A stretch of DNA of 64,000 bases. Source: Raja brachyura. Its lineage: Eukaryota. The number at the start of each line of letters is the position of its first letter. The stretch's first letter is position 1. The notes below the pieces were generated by a model, which saw only the letters and a program-made list of their open reading frames with translations, had not been told where the DNA came from and searched no databases. The stretch covers positions 50,096,001 to 50,160,000 of the forward strand of contig OY740786.1 of NCBI GenBank assembly GCA_963514005.1, written 5' to 3'. Below, in pieces: positions 48,784 through 61,363 of this stretch. A program made the translations under genes and the position numbers.

Positions 48784-48930
48784 GCATATCGTCGCTACGC
48801 ATTTGCAGTCGACGGCTGGAGGTGGAGCGCGGCTTACCACCAGCCCTTCATAAGGGCCACTCAGGTAAGTACAGGCAACCTTGAGCTGGTTGTCCCTGCT
48901 GTTTTGAATTGTTTTTTCTCCAACAGGGAC

Positions 48931-50689
48931 ATGGATAAGAGGAGTACGGGCCGCAGGACTTCCGAAAGGAGTCGTTGGCCGCTTATCCCGGAGCTCTCTT
49001 CAACGACAGCACCCGCTAGACGGGCCGGGAGAAAGGCGCGAAAATTGGGGAGCCCTGTGTTTACAGGACCAGACCCACCGACACAGTTGTGCACAAGCGG
49101 GGTTCCCGCAGAGCAGGAAGTCGGTACGACGCCCTGACTCCATTTCATTATCGCCAACAGGATCGTTGGCTGATATGAGTAAACGGGTTTCACGTGCTGC
49201 TGCACGGCCCTTCTCCCTGAGCCCTCGTGGAAGAGCCAGGGATAGAGCTCAACAACCAAGCCCTTTTCGGACAGAGATTTCACCAGAGACCGCTAGATTG
49301 CGGACTGGTGGGTTAGCGAGACCCGAGTCCACTGGCAGACCAGGGAGGGCCAGTGTAGACTCACCACCTAGTTGGACCAGGAGGAGTCACACAGGTGGAG
49401 TCTCGCCACGGTCACCACATCCCCCGTTGGCGGCAAGACGGGACCGTACGCCGTCTGGGTCCAGGAAAATGACAGTCGGCAAGCCCGCGCGGATGTCGGG
49501 TCACCACGCTGCGGCGTTGGGTGCCGACTTCACACCGCATATGCCCTTGGAGGCAGTCGGGCCTAGCTCAGCCAAAAGGAGGCGTATGAGCAGATCCGCG
49601 CGGGAGTCGTTCAGTTTCGCTGAGGCGGCTGGCAGCGAATTTTCGTCACAGCACCGAGATTACCTCGACGAGGTACGGGCCGATGATAGGAGCCTCAGGA
49701 GTTCCTTCGGGCATGAGGACTCTGACCGCCTATTCGCGCACGATGAAGGGCGCATTGATCGGATGGAGAGGATGATGGAATGGATCCTGCAGCAAAATCA
49801 ACGGCGGGAAACATCCAGTTCCAGGGGACTCATGGACATATCCCCATCATCAATGGATAGCATGAGGCAGCCAGAAGAAAAGGAGATCTTGGTACACGTA
49901 CCAGTGGCACCTGAGGTCCCTCAGGAAGAACTCCTGGACGTGGCAGCCAAGTTTGCGTTACCCGAATCATCGGGACAACCCCTCAATACCAAACTGTCCG
50001 CTACCATTGATTTCCTCACCAACCATCAGCTACAGGATCAGGTCCTTGCGGAGGAATTGAACAGACACAAGGCACCGAGTAATTGTAACTCGCTCAATGT
50101 GCCTATTGTGAACATGCCTATTTGGGGCAATATTAGCCCGGGCATTAGAGCACAGGAAGTAAAGTTACAAAGAATCCTGAAACTGCTCACATCTGGGATT
50201 ACCGCTTTTGCGAGGTCGGTGGACGGTGTGGACTTGAACTCCGAACAGGAGGATGCTCTTGCACTACTATGCAACACGCAATATGAAATAAATGCGTTTC
50301 GGAAAAGCATCATCAAGCCTACGTTAAACCCCAAATTTGCGGGGCTATGCAGAGCATCCCCAACACCACCACCCAGACAGCTATTCGGAGAAGGCCTTCC
50401 GAAGCAGGTCAAGGATTTAGATGACCAAGCCAAGACAGTGGGTCTTATGAGGTCACACACCTTGACCAGACAAACGGCCAGGAAAACATCATATTTCAGG
50501 CCACGGGGTGATACCAAAAGGCCAGCAAGGACCTACATACCGGCGCCTCCACAATACCAACATTCTCAACAGCCCAGGCCTTTTTTAGGGCAAGGCCCGC
50601 AGCGGCCAGCATGGAAGATGCGGTTTCCGCATCACCAGCACAACCCAGCACCTCCACGTCCCACCAAACATATCAGGGACCGCCGATAA
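48931..50689 (+). pseudogene. DIRS gag-like ORF1 (one frameshift near 49133)
   Basis: ATG at 48931 (MDKRST). The frame continues as the 507-aa ORF 49166-50689 after a +1 shift, inferred from alignment with copy 1 (PDSI). Confidence 0.85.
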
Positions 50690-52610
50690 CCATGAAGGTA
50701 AGGCGGTCTGGATTTCATGCACTTGCATGTCTAACCTCACATGTTGGGGGTAGACTACGGTTTTTTAAGGAGGCATGGGAAACCATCACCTCAGATGAGT
50801 TTATCTTACAAAGTATTCAAGGCCATGAGATTGAGTTTATAAATGGTCAAATTCCTCCACCTCAGCTTATGCCGAATCGCAAATTTGCACTTTCCAGCAA
50901 GGAAACAGCAGTAGGCTATGCTGAAATCTTGAGACTACAAGGGAAAGGTGTGATAGAAAGAACTATACATGAACCAATTGAATTTGTATCTAACATATTC
51001 ACAAAAACCAAGAAAGATGGTGGATGTCGGGTCATTATAGATCTAACCCATTTGAATACTTTTGTAAAATATACCCATTTCAAAATGGACACGTTCAAAA
51101 CAGCCAAATCTTTGATTTCTGAGGGCTGCTTCATGGCATGCATTGATTTAAAAGATGCATACTATTCAGTATCCATTCAGAAACATCACAGGAAGTTCTT
51201 GAAGTTTACCTGGATGGATCAACTTTGGCAATACAAAGCTTTGCCCAATGGGCTTACCACAGCCCCCAGATTGTTTACTAAATTACTCAAGCCAGTGCTA
51301 GCAACACCGAGGAGGCAAAACCATACGGTTATGGCTTACCTGGATGATATCCTAATCATTGGGAATACACTGGAATCAGCAAAATTGGCAGTTTCAGCCA
51401 CTGTGGAAATATTTCAAAAAATGGGATTTATTATCCATCCAGATAAATCAGTTCTGTCCTTCACAGATCATGGACTATCTGGGATTCACGGTGGATTCCA
51501 TTCGCATGATTGCCACCATACCAACTAACAAAGTTGGGGATATCATTCAAGCATGTAAGAATCTGGTCTGCGCCAGTATACCATCAATCAGACAAGCTGC
51601 TAAGGTGATTGGGAAAATTGTACCAGTTTTTCCAGCTGCTCAATTCGGACCTTTACATTATCAAAATTTGCAAAGATCCAAGATTTCAGCGTTAAAATTG
51701 AATGCTGGACATTTTGATAGACCCATGCAGCTGCCATTTAAGGCAAAAACAATGGTGGATTGATAATATCCGTAACTCATTTAAACCCATCATTGTGCCT
51801 CGTCCGGTGGTATACTTACAAACAGACGCAAGCTCCCATGGGTGGGGAGCTACGGACAACAACACAAGTTGCGGAGGCAGATGGGACACCCTTGAATCTA
51901 CCCTGTTGTTATCACATGGGATAAATTATTTGGAGATGCTAGGAGCATTCCACGGACTTAGAGCTTATTGTTCAAACTTTACTGACACTCATGTCCGTCT
52001 CCAAATAGACAATACCACTGCGGTGGCATATCTAAATCATATGGGCGGTACCAGATCAATTTCATGTGATGAATTGGCAAATACAATTTGGCTCTGGTGC
52101 ATACAACGGAATATTTGGATTTCAGCTACCTATCTACCAGGTAAGCTCAATACAGTGGCGGACACCAGGTCACGGAAATTTAATGACAACATCGAGTGGA
52201 TGTTAAATCCCCAAATATTCACCAAAATTACAGCCTAATTTGGTAAACCGGATATTGACCTTTTTGAGTCACGGTTGAACCATCAGGTACCAACATACGT
52301 ATCATGGGAGCCAGATCCTGGGGCAATGGTGATGGACGCGTTCTCGCTAGATTGGGGGAAATGGTTTTTCTATGCATTTCCTCCATTTTGCCTCATCAGT
52401 CGGGTATTGCGGAAAATCCAGTTAGATGCTGCTAAAGGCATTCTTGTCATACCCGACTGGCCTACTCAGCCATGGTATCCGGTGGTCCTTGGATTGATCA
52501 GTCAACCATGGGTCCTCTTAGATGGTTGCCCACAATTGGTGACGAACCCTGTTACAGGGGAACAACATCCCTGCCATAGTCACTTGAAATTATTGGCTTG
52601 CAGGTTCTGA
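50611..52610 (+). pseudogene. DIRS pol (RT, RNase H, adenine-MTase-like domain) with two frameshifts and one stop
   Basis: VGGRL, IDLKDAYYSV, ALPNGL, YLDD, TDAS..GWGA, IDN, N..AD..SR, YAFPPF. Breaks at about 51450, about 51750 and TAA 52236-52238. Confidence 0.93.
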
Positions 52611-53587
52611 ACAGACCATTACTGCAGTATGGTCTCTCATCAAGGACAATGGATACAATTGGAGCATCATGCAGGGAGTCCACAAGACGGCAATATTTAA
52701 CGCATATCAGGAAATGGGAAACCTACTGCGGCCGCTTGAACATTGCATATGACTCCGTTTCAATCACAGATGTGCTGGAATTCCTTGCTGGGTTGTATCA
52801 TGACGAACACCTCAGCTGCAGTGCCATCAATAGCGCCAGGAGTGCGCTATCATTCTACCTCAATATTGAAGTAGGATCCAATAAACTGGTGTCCAAACTG
52901 ATGTGGGGAATATTTAATTCCAATCCGCCAAGACCCCGTTACAACGTCACCTGGGACATTGGGAAAGTTCTAACCCTACTCAGGACGTGGTCGCCCATGG
53001 CTGGGCTTGAATTGGACAAACTCACCCTGAAGCTGGTGATGTTATTGGCACTTACTTCAGCACAAAGGGTACAGACATTTCATAAGGTCAAGATTGACAG
53101 AATGTTCTCTACCCCAGAGAAAGTAATTTTCTTTGTTGATGAATTACTAAAGCAGCATAGACCTGGATACACAGGGCTGCAGCTGGTGTTTCCAGCATAC
53201 CCCACTGATGCTAGGCTATGTTTAGCCACCCATATCCGCCACTATATAAGAGTGACGCGGAAATTAAGGGGAATGGAAAAATACCTGCTAATCAGCCACA
53301 AAAAACCTCACCATAGAGTGACGGTACAGACGATCTCCAGATGGCTCAGGATCGTCTTGAACGAAGCAGGTATTGACACCAATGTCTTTAAATCCCATTC
53401 CACCAGGGCTGCATCAACATTGGCGGCAAAGGTCATGGAGGTGCCCATGGACCATATTCTTGCCACAGCGGGATGGGCTAGTGAAGCCACCTTTCAACAG
53501 TTTTATAACAAACCTGTTACCGCTCCTGTAATGTTCGCAGAGGCCGTGCTGAATGCGGGTCAAGAACATACAACTACTCCCCAGTGA
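52598..53587 (+). CDS. DIRS tyrosine recombinase, open frame
   Basis: 329-codon ORF with SAQR, HSTR, AGW and FY (R-H-R-W-Y set). First in-frame ATG at 52649. Confidence 0.9.
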   Translation: MQVLNRPLLQYGLSSRTMDTIGASCRESTRRQYLTHIRKWETYCGRLNIAYDSVSITDVLEFLAGLYHDEHLSCSAINSARSALSFYLNIEVGSNKLVSKLMWGIFNSNPPRPRYNVTWDIGKVLTLLRTWSPMAGLELDKLTLKLVMLLALTSAQRVQTFHKVKIDRMFSTPEKVIFFVDELLKQHRPGYTGLQLVFPAYPTDARLCLATHIRHYIRVTRKLRGMEKYLLISHKKPHHRVTVQTISRWLRIVLNEAGIDTNVFKSHSTRAASTLAAKVMEVPMDHILATAGWASEATFQQFYNKPVTAPVMFAEAVLNAGQEHTTTPQ

Positions 53588-53685
53588 GGGTTTTTTTCTT
53601 TTTGTTATTATTAATAAATATTATTATTTTTCAGTAGAAGCAGTCCGAAAATTTGATTACTCCTATCCATCCTTACAGTGGATCT

Positions 53686-53785
53686 ACTCGCGTGACTCCA
53701 AAATGAAATAGTAAGATTAAACGAGAACTTACCAGTTTGAAGTTTGATCTTTATTTTATGAGGAGTTGCGATGAGGGATTTCGTG
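53686..53785 (+). repeat. DIRS internal complementary region (ICR), copy 2
   Basis: Reverse complement of 48725-48749 joined to the reverse complement of 53934-54013, overlapping at TATTT. Confidence 0.92.
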
Positions 53786-56700
53786 CCCTCCGCTCCCAAC
53801 CCTCGATCATAAAGTCAACTGGTAATTAGAGTCTCTTCAATCTTACTATAACAAGTCATTTCTTTGTTTGTTGGTTCTGTGATTCCACACCGCTGCTTTG
53901 AAGAATGTCGCGCATGCGTGCTGCCGGGTTCTTCACGAAATCGCTCATCGCAACTCCTCATAAAATAAAGATCAAACTTCAAACTGGTAAGTTCTCGTTT
54001 AATCTTACTATTTTGATAACCACTGTAAACAAGGGATCTAAAAACAAATAGAGCAGCCTTCTAATCTACCCAGAAGCTCTGAGAATTGTTGAGAAAAGCC
54101 CTGTCATATAATTCACCACCATAATGTTAATAGAGTTGATCATTTGATTTATTTGGTGTAGAAATCTCAAAGATGTCCATGAATCTTTGAGACTAGTGAT
54201 GTTGATCTCTTCCCAAATTTGTGACATTATGCATAATCGTATTGACAGATAGTAACATCTTCTAATGAATGTTGCCAACCTTCTCTTAATCTCAACCATC
54301 ATGCAATGTCACCCTCAGACAAGGTAACAACTAGAGTTGAGTTTAGTTTATTGTCATGTGTACCGAGGTACAGTGAAAAGCTTTTTGTTGCCCGCTTACT
54401 TTTCCATTCTGTCTGTTTTCCTTGATGTGGTGAGAGCTGAAACAGATAAGTGGGTGGTAAAAGGATATGCAGCTCATCTTGCAGGGTATGAGGTGAGACA
54501 GTAATTCAACAAGAAAAGGTGGATTAGATATGAATGAAACCTGCACAATTGTTTATGGGAATCGATGCAGGAGAGAGAATGTGTACTGGGTCCTTTGGTG
54601 TGGTAGGACTCTGCTGCCTGGAATTGTGTGCATTCTTTACTTGCAAAAAGGACGGGAGCAAACCCATGAGAATACTTCAAAAATAGCTTGTTAATTTGGG
54701 ATATCTTGTAATTATTTAACTGGCAATTTGTTCTTTTTTAGTATCACTAACATTTTTCCAAAGCTGTTAAATTGTGCTCCAATTTGAAGATTATAAACGG
54801 AACAATAACTATTCGAGTGCAAAGTCTGGTAAGATGGAAAGAGAGTGATGGAAAATGGTGAGATGAGGTGCTGATGTGAAGGTTTGTGTACACCATGCAT
54901 TGTAAGCTCACTGGTAGTGGTAGAAATAAGTTATATTCTTACCTTGATTACGCTACTGAGGTCAATGGATTTTATCCATCATTACAGTCTTCGTTTTTAG
55001 AGATAAACTCCAAAATAACATTTTTAGGGAGTTTTAGACAAAGATTGGTAGTGCTGGTTCTGGATTTCTCATGTTGATGTAGAGGTCTGAGCATTTTCAT
55101 AATCAAAGACTCGGGCATCTTGTAAACACATTTTCTTCTGAAAGAGGAGGAGGTAGTCAAGCCAGGTACAATTAAAACATTTAAAATATATTAACAGTAG
55201 TTAGGTAAATTAATGTAAAGGTTTAGATGGATATGTGCCAAAGGCAGGCAAATAGAGCTATCTCAGATAGACAACTTTTTTTGTCAGCTTGGACAAGTTG
55301 GGCTGAAGGTCCTGTTTCCATGCTGTATAACTTTATGATTCAAAACCATTCAAACTGAACATGGAATGAGTGCTAATACTTCAGTGTCGGTGAATATTCA
55401 AACCTGTCTACAATGAAAATAAATAAGTTCTTCTGAAAACCTTAGTTAAATCTATAAATGATAATGTCATCTTTTGTTTGCTGCTCTCTTGAAGTTGATG
55501 TGGAGAAAATATTATGTTTAGTGTTAATCATCTAACCCCGAAACCATTCTGAGATTCAGGATTGACACAACTTATTGACAAAATAGTTCTTAGAGTCATG
55601 GTATGGTAACAGTTAAGATTTTTTTTTTGCTGTTCTGGATAATACCAAGATATGGCTGCAGTTATTATAGTTACCCTTGTCTCCTCTATTTTTTATGTTT
55701 GCATCATACATATTTTATGATATCGTCCTCTTCTTGGCATTTTTAAGTAGTAGCTGATGAAAATGTGGTAATAGCATTCTAAGATGCCAAATGCATGTGT
55801 GATATCAGCATTTTTATTTGTTTACAATATGAGACCATTAATCTGGCGGCAGGCATTTATTGCCCACTCTTAATTGACTTTCAAAACCTAATGGAATTCC
55901 AACTTGAACTGCCGTGGTCATAATGCACAGAAACAGACCCTTCAGCACCAACTTTTCCCTTGCCGACCAAGATGCCCGATCTACGTTCCTGTGTTTGGCC
56001 CACATCCCTCTGAGCCTTTCCTATCGTGTGCCTGTCCAAATAAAACAAAAATGATTTATATCATAGCTTTAATATGGTAATTAAAACAAATATCCTATGG
56101 AGTGGACAAGGTACACAAACAATAAGCCATAACAGAAACATTGGAGAAATGATCATATGCATGATCAAGCAATAAGTTTTGCAATAAGTACCTGCTGTAG
56201 TTGAGGAGGGATTTTGAGGATTTAGAGCAACCATTTGGATGCCTACCTTGTCACACTGAGGCATATAAATGTACCCTGTGCATCATATAACCCATGTACA
56301 TAAGATCAAATTACAACACAAGATGGAGCACCACCCTCACCACCATCCCCAAGAATGTTTCTCAATATTTCAATAAAGTATTTTATACACTGTTGTAGTA
56401 TATGTTGGTTTTAATTAAGATCAATTAAAAATAAATTAGGTTGTAGCGTAGATGACAAATCCATAATGTTGGATTGTCATTCTGGCAATGAAGATGACAA
56501 ATGTCTGTTAATAACAGAAGGGAATTCAGTGAACATATGGTTCCCTTGGAGGGTAAATTACAAGGGCAAGAATTACAATGATTAGTTATGAAGGTTCAAT
56601 GAATATGCATGGATTTATTGAGCTTTAAATCTCATGCAAATCATCAGGAATATTGAATTGCATCATTATTGTGCCCTAGTCACAGGGTATAAAGCCAACC

Positions 56701-57030
56701 TTCTTTGCCTATTACTTTATTTTATATGATGCTCCTGAAATTTGGTCAAATTGAAAGCAACAAAACTGAACTTTGGAAATGGAATTACTATTACAAATGC
56801 TGTTATTTTGGATAATTTTCACTTTGCTGTGACTGAAATCCTTGTTCAAATAACTCCTTAGAACACTCAAATGATACAATATGCTCCTTTTTTTTGGATT
56901 TGGAGCTTAATTTTACGAACACCACTGCTTATCAATAAATCAGTTCTGATTTTTGCCTGTCTGATGTAGCATTAACATAAATCTCCCCTGTGATGCTTTT
57001 CCTCATCATGTGTTTTTAATCCCCTTACAT

Positions 57031-57295
57031 TTACCCCAAATCCCATATTCCTATAGTCTGAAGAAGGGTCTCGACCCGAAACGTCGCCTTTCTCCTTCGC
57101 TCCTTATCCCAAATCCCATATTCCCATAGTCTGAAGAAGGGTCTCGACCCGAAACGTCGCCTATCTCCTTCGCTCCTTATCCCAAATCCCATATTCCCAT
57201 AGTCTGAAGAAGGGTCTCGACCCGAAACGTCGCCTATCTCCTTCGCTCCTTAAATGCTGCTACACCCGCTGAGTTTCTCCAGCTTTTTGTGTAAC
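57031..57295 (+). repeat. 3 x 73-bp tandem repeat, each unit carrying a Penelope-type minimal hammerhead-like motif
   Basis: CTGAAGAAGGGTCTCGACCCGAAACGTC at 57058, 57131 and 57204. Confidence 0.9.
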
Positions 57296-57959
57296 CCCAT
57301 ATTCTCATATGCTCTCCTATTCAACCCACAAAAAAAACAAAGTCCTAGAGTAACTCAATGAATCAGGCAGCATCGCTGGAGAAAATTGAATGGTTATGTT
57401 TTGGGTTGGAACCCTTCTTCAGTCTGATTGTAGTGAGTGGGGAGAAACTTGGAAGAGAGGAGGGGCCTCCTTTCTTCCAGCTATCTTCCCCTCCTCCCAC
57501 CAAATCAATCTTAAGAAGGGTCCCGACTGGAAACGTCACCCATCCATGCTCTCGAGAAATGCTGTCTGAACTGCTGAGTTATTCCAACATATTGCATCTT
57601 ATTTTTTAAACAAATATCTGCAGTTACTTGTATCTACGTTTCCATCTAAGCCTATATCTCAGCTAACATCCTCTGTTTGGTTGGCTCTGAAACCTTGAGC
57701 TTTCAAAATCACATTTTGTTCCACTATTTGACCTTCAAATACTTTGACAATATTGATAGACCTATCTCCTTAATCCATCGATAGCCTTCGTTTCACTCTA
57801 AACACCATCCAAATTTATTGTTTGTATCATGCATATGATAAATGCTCCAAAGTTTCAGTTACAGCTTATTGTTCCATTTTCATTCCATAGGTTGTTTTTA
57901 TTATATTAAAGCCATGATATAAATGTTGTCTTTCATTTCATTTCTTTGTCATGAAGACC

Positions 57960-59250
57960 CAAAATAATTGGAGTCAGAAAATTGGGTTTAGATGCAAAGT
58001 ACACAAAAAGTAATGAATAAAGATTACAGGATCTGGTTACATAAATGTTTAAATATCCATATCTTCTACAGAGAATAGGACCCCTTTAAAGATAATTGAG
58101 CTTGTCTATGTGCGGAGGCACAGGAGAAGGGTGACGTCCTAAATGAATATTTCTCAACAATATTTATCATGCAAAAAGGCATGGACACAAGGGAACTCAG
58201 ACAATTAAATAGAAGTCTTGAAGCAAGTCCATATTACAAAATAGGGACAGCTGGAGCTTTGAAAATACATAGCGGCGGATAAATCTCTGGGCAATATCCT
58301 AGGATGTTGGGGGATGTGGCCCATGGGCCGGTAGTTTAGCACCCCTGGTCTAGTTTATCACTATTTCTCTCGGAACCCCTAGCAACTTCTTGCCGAACCC
58401 TAGTGATCCGGAGAACCCCAGTAGAAAAAAGCTGAACTAGACCAATGGGCTAAGGAAAAGTAGATGGAGTTTATTTCAAGTAAATGCAAGGTGTTGCATT
58501 TCGTATGGCAAACCCAGGGCAGGAATTATATACTAAATAGAAGTACACAGGGGAATGTTGTAAAACAGAGAGTCCCAGAGGTACAGAGTTCCGTGAAAAT
58601 GATGACACAGGTAGGCAGGATAGTAAAGAAGGCTTATGGCATACCTGGTTTCTCCAGTCAGGGTACAGAATGGTCACCAGTCAGAGGAAAGGAGTTGATA
58701 CGCCATGTTCCAAATGTACAAGATGTTGGTAAGGCCAAATATGGTGTATTGTGTACAGTTGTGGTTGCCCTGTTGAAGGAAGGGCCATAAAGGGAACAAA
58801 TGCATTTATGAGGCTGTTATTTAGACCAAAGGACTTGAGGTATAAGGAAAGACTAGAAAAGATGCGGCTTTTTACCCTGGAGCATGGGAGGCTAAAGAGC
58901 AACTTTACAGAGGTATATCAAATCACGAGGAGAATGGATAATTTGGATAATAACATAATTTATCCATGGTACAGGAGTCTATAAGTGGAGGGCCTAGTTT
59001 TAAGAGGGAAGGGGAAGATTTGGGACCTGAGGGGCAAAGCTTTCATACAGCGTGTATGCATATGTGGATGAGCTGCCAGAGGAAGTGGTGGAGGAGTGCA
59101 CAATTATGACATTTAAATGGTACTTTTAAAGGACAGGCACTCGTTTAGGAAAGGTTTGGAGAAATATGGGCCAGGTGCAGGTACATAGGAGTAGCTCGGT
59201 TTGGCAACTTGGTCGGCATAGACAAGTTGGGGCAAAAGGCCTTTTTGCAA
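57960..59250 (+). mobile_element. Old CR1-like LINE fragment with hAT (Charlie-like) end remnants at about 58310-58435
   Basis: KCKVLHF, LRYKERLEKMRLFTLE..EVYQI. TIR-like GGGCCGGTAGTTTAGCACCCCTG followed by GTCTAG. Confidence 0.65.
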
Positions 59251-59844
59251 GCTGTCCGATTGGATAGCTCAAAATGCTATCTGAGGTATGTTTAAACTAC
59301 AGCTGTTTGACCTGGAGAAGGTGACTCCTTCCTCTTTATCATGTCTTCAACATCCAGACAGCATTAATGGAATTAATTATTGCCTTATTTCTGTGAGTGG
59401 GTAGCAGGATTTGAGGTTAGCTAGCTTTGATTGAACTTATGACTTCACATTTTAAAATGGAAGAAAGTTTTTGTCTGAAACTTGAAATTATTCCATAAAT
59501 TATGAAGCCTCACATAGCTTGTTAAGAGCAGGCACCATGATTTTCAGACTGTATTCAATGTCTTGATGGATGAGAAAGAGAAGTGTACGATACTGTCCAG
59601 CTCTCTGGACAATGAGCGAGTGTCCTAGTCAATGTTCGTGCCACACTCAAGTCTCAGGGCTGTAGGTGAGTGCAACAAGGAGTTAAAGGCCCAGGTCAGT
59701 GAATGCATTTTCCATTACCATTTACTAACAACTGCACCAATTACTTCAAATGCTGCCTTGTACCAATTATTACACACACTGTTCTGATCAGTCTGCCCTT
59801 ATCACTCACAACGTCAATCTTTATCAATCATGATTCATACACCG

Positions 59845-60650
59845 GCACAGGGTAGCACAGTGATAGAGCTGCTACCTTACAATGCCAGTGACCCGGGTTC
59901 AATTCTGACAACATAATTGTTATGGGACTGCCTCATTGTGGCGACCTAATTGGCAAGTTTAGAAGAGTTTGAAAAATTGTCATGTTGAAGACCTCCTTCG
60001 ACTATGTAGAAGACCTCCTTTGACTATGTTGAAGACTAGTTTCGACTAGCTACAACTAACTTCGGCAAAATTGGATACCGAATAGTGGAGAGTGAAGGCG
60101 ACCTCCTTCGATCTCCCTTTGACTATGATGAAGGTTATCTACGACTACCTTCAACTACCTTTGACTACCCTCGATTACCTGCAACTAACATGCCGACCTA
60201 CTACGACTAAACCTACGAGTAAAAAAAGTATCAATTTTTTCCATGACGCCTTTTTTTACTCGCGGGCATTTTTCAACATTTTGCCGTGACCTAGCTGAGG
60301 CCTCGAGTACATGGGGACTACTCTCGAGCATAAAGGAGAGTTACAAAGACCTCCTAGGACCCCGTGCCGACCATGTTGCAAGTATCAGTTGAGGGCAAAC
60401 TTGCCAGAACTCGCGGATTAGGTCGCCCAAGTGGGACAGCCCCTTTAGTACGTTCTTTCAGTGACAGTGTGGGTTTTGTCTGGGTGCTCCAGTTTACTCC
60501 CAGATTCCAAAGATGTGCAAGTTTGTTGGTTAATTGGCCTTTGTCAATTAACCCTAAGCGTGTAGGATAAAACTAGTGTATGAGTGGTGATTGTTGGTTG
60601 GCATGGACCCAGGGACCAAAGGGCCTGTTTCCACAGTTTTTCTGAACTAA
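59845..60650 (+). mobile_element. tRNA-derived SINE split by a MITE
   Basis: Head with B-box GGTTCAATTC at about 59896. Core and tail resume at 60448. Confidence 0.75.
59923..60444. mobile_element. PIF/Harbinger-type MITE
   Basis: Imperfect TIRs (TGGGACTGCCTCATTGTGGCGACCTAAT / ATTAGGTCGCCCAAGTGGGACAGCCCCT), TTA TSD, internal (TTCGACTAC)-like repeats. Confidence 0.8.
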
Positions 60651-60734
60651 ACCCACCATGCACCTAGAATGACTTCATGTCCCATTCACATATCATAAAG
60701 TTTTCACTTACATCCATATTGGTTCAACCATATT

Positions 60735-61300
60735 GGACACCAAAGCCTCACTTCCTTAAGTAATTTGACATGTCTCCAATGACTCTCACTAATTTCTACA
60801 GATGCACTGTAGAAAGCATTCCTCGTAAACACAATTTGGTTTGGAAACTGCATTGCGCAAGACTAAAAAAACTGCAGAGAGTTATGAATGCAGTCATTGC
60901 ATCACAAAAACCAGCTTCCCTTCATAGACTCTGCCTACACTGTACGATTCCTCAACCAACATAATCAAGGAGCATTTATACCTTGATAATCTCCCTTACC
61001 CTCTCTATCATCAGGCAAAAGATACCAAAGATGGAAGGCACATACCACTAGATTCAGGAACAATTCTTCTCTGCTGTTATTAGGCTATTGAATGGTCCAC
61101 CCAAAAGCTAAGAGTGTAGCCCTTATCTCACAGCCAACCTAATTGTGCCTCTTACACTTAAAACTTAAAAAAAAACAGCTCTTTCTCTGGATCTGTACTA
61201 CTATAACATTGCAGCATGACATTCTGCATTCTAGTCCTATTTCTCTTTAAACTACCTGTTGTAGTTGTGTATGATCTGATTGTACTCGTGTATGGACGGA
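60735..61300 (+). mobile_element. Rex1/Babar-like LINE 3' fragment
   Basis: MSPMTLTNFYRCTVESI..KKLQRVMN. Confidence 0.7.
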
Positions 61301-61363
61301 AATCGAATTTAAAACAGGGGGGGGGGGGGGGGGGGGGACACACAATGAGGCCTGACATCTAGG

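Larger units (their letters stand above)
48725..54013 (+). mobile_element. DIRS1-type tyrosine-recombinase retrotransposon, copy 2 (full-length, few lesions)
   Basis: TATTT at both ends, inverted termini, ICR at 53686-53785, and gag, RT/RH/MT and YR in order. Confidence 0.97.

Noticed and set aside
49117-49160. Second intron in DIRS gag
   Set aside because: The in-frame option is only 37 nt. Comparison with copy 1 shows continuous coding (PDSI..) with independent frameshifts.
5890-54013. Two inverted DIRS copies as the ends of one giant composite element
   Set aside because: The copies are clearly diverged, each has its own termini and ICR, and there is no shared outer target duplication.
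54420-54700. Possible exon or ncRNA
   Set aside because: Unique-looking, but I could not support a motif, structure or splice pattern.
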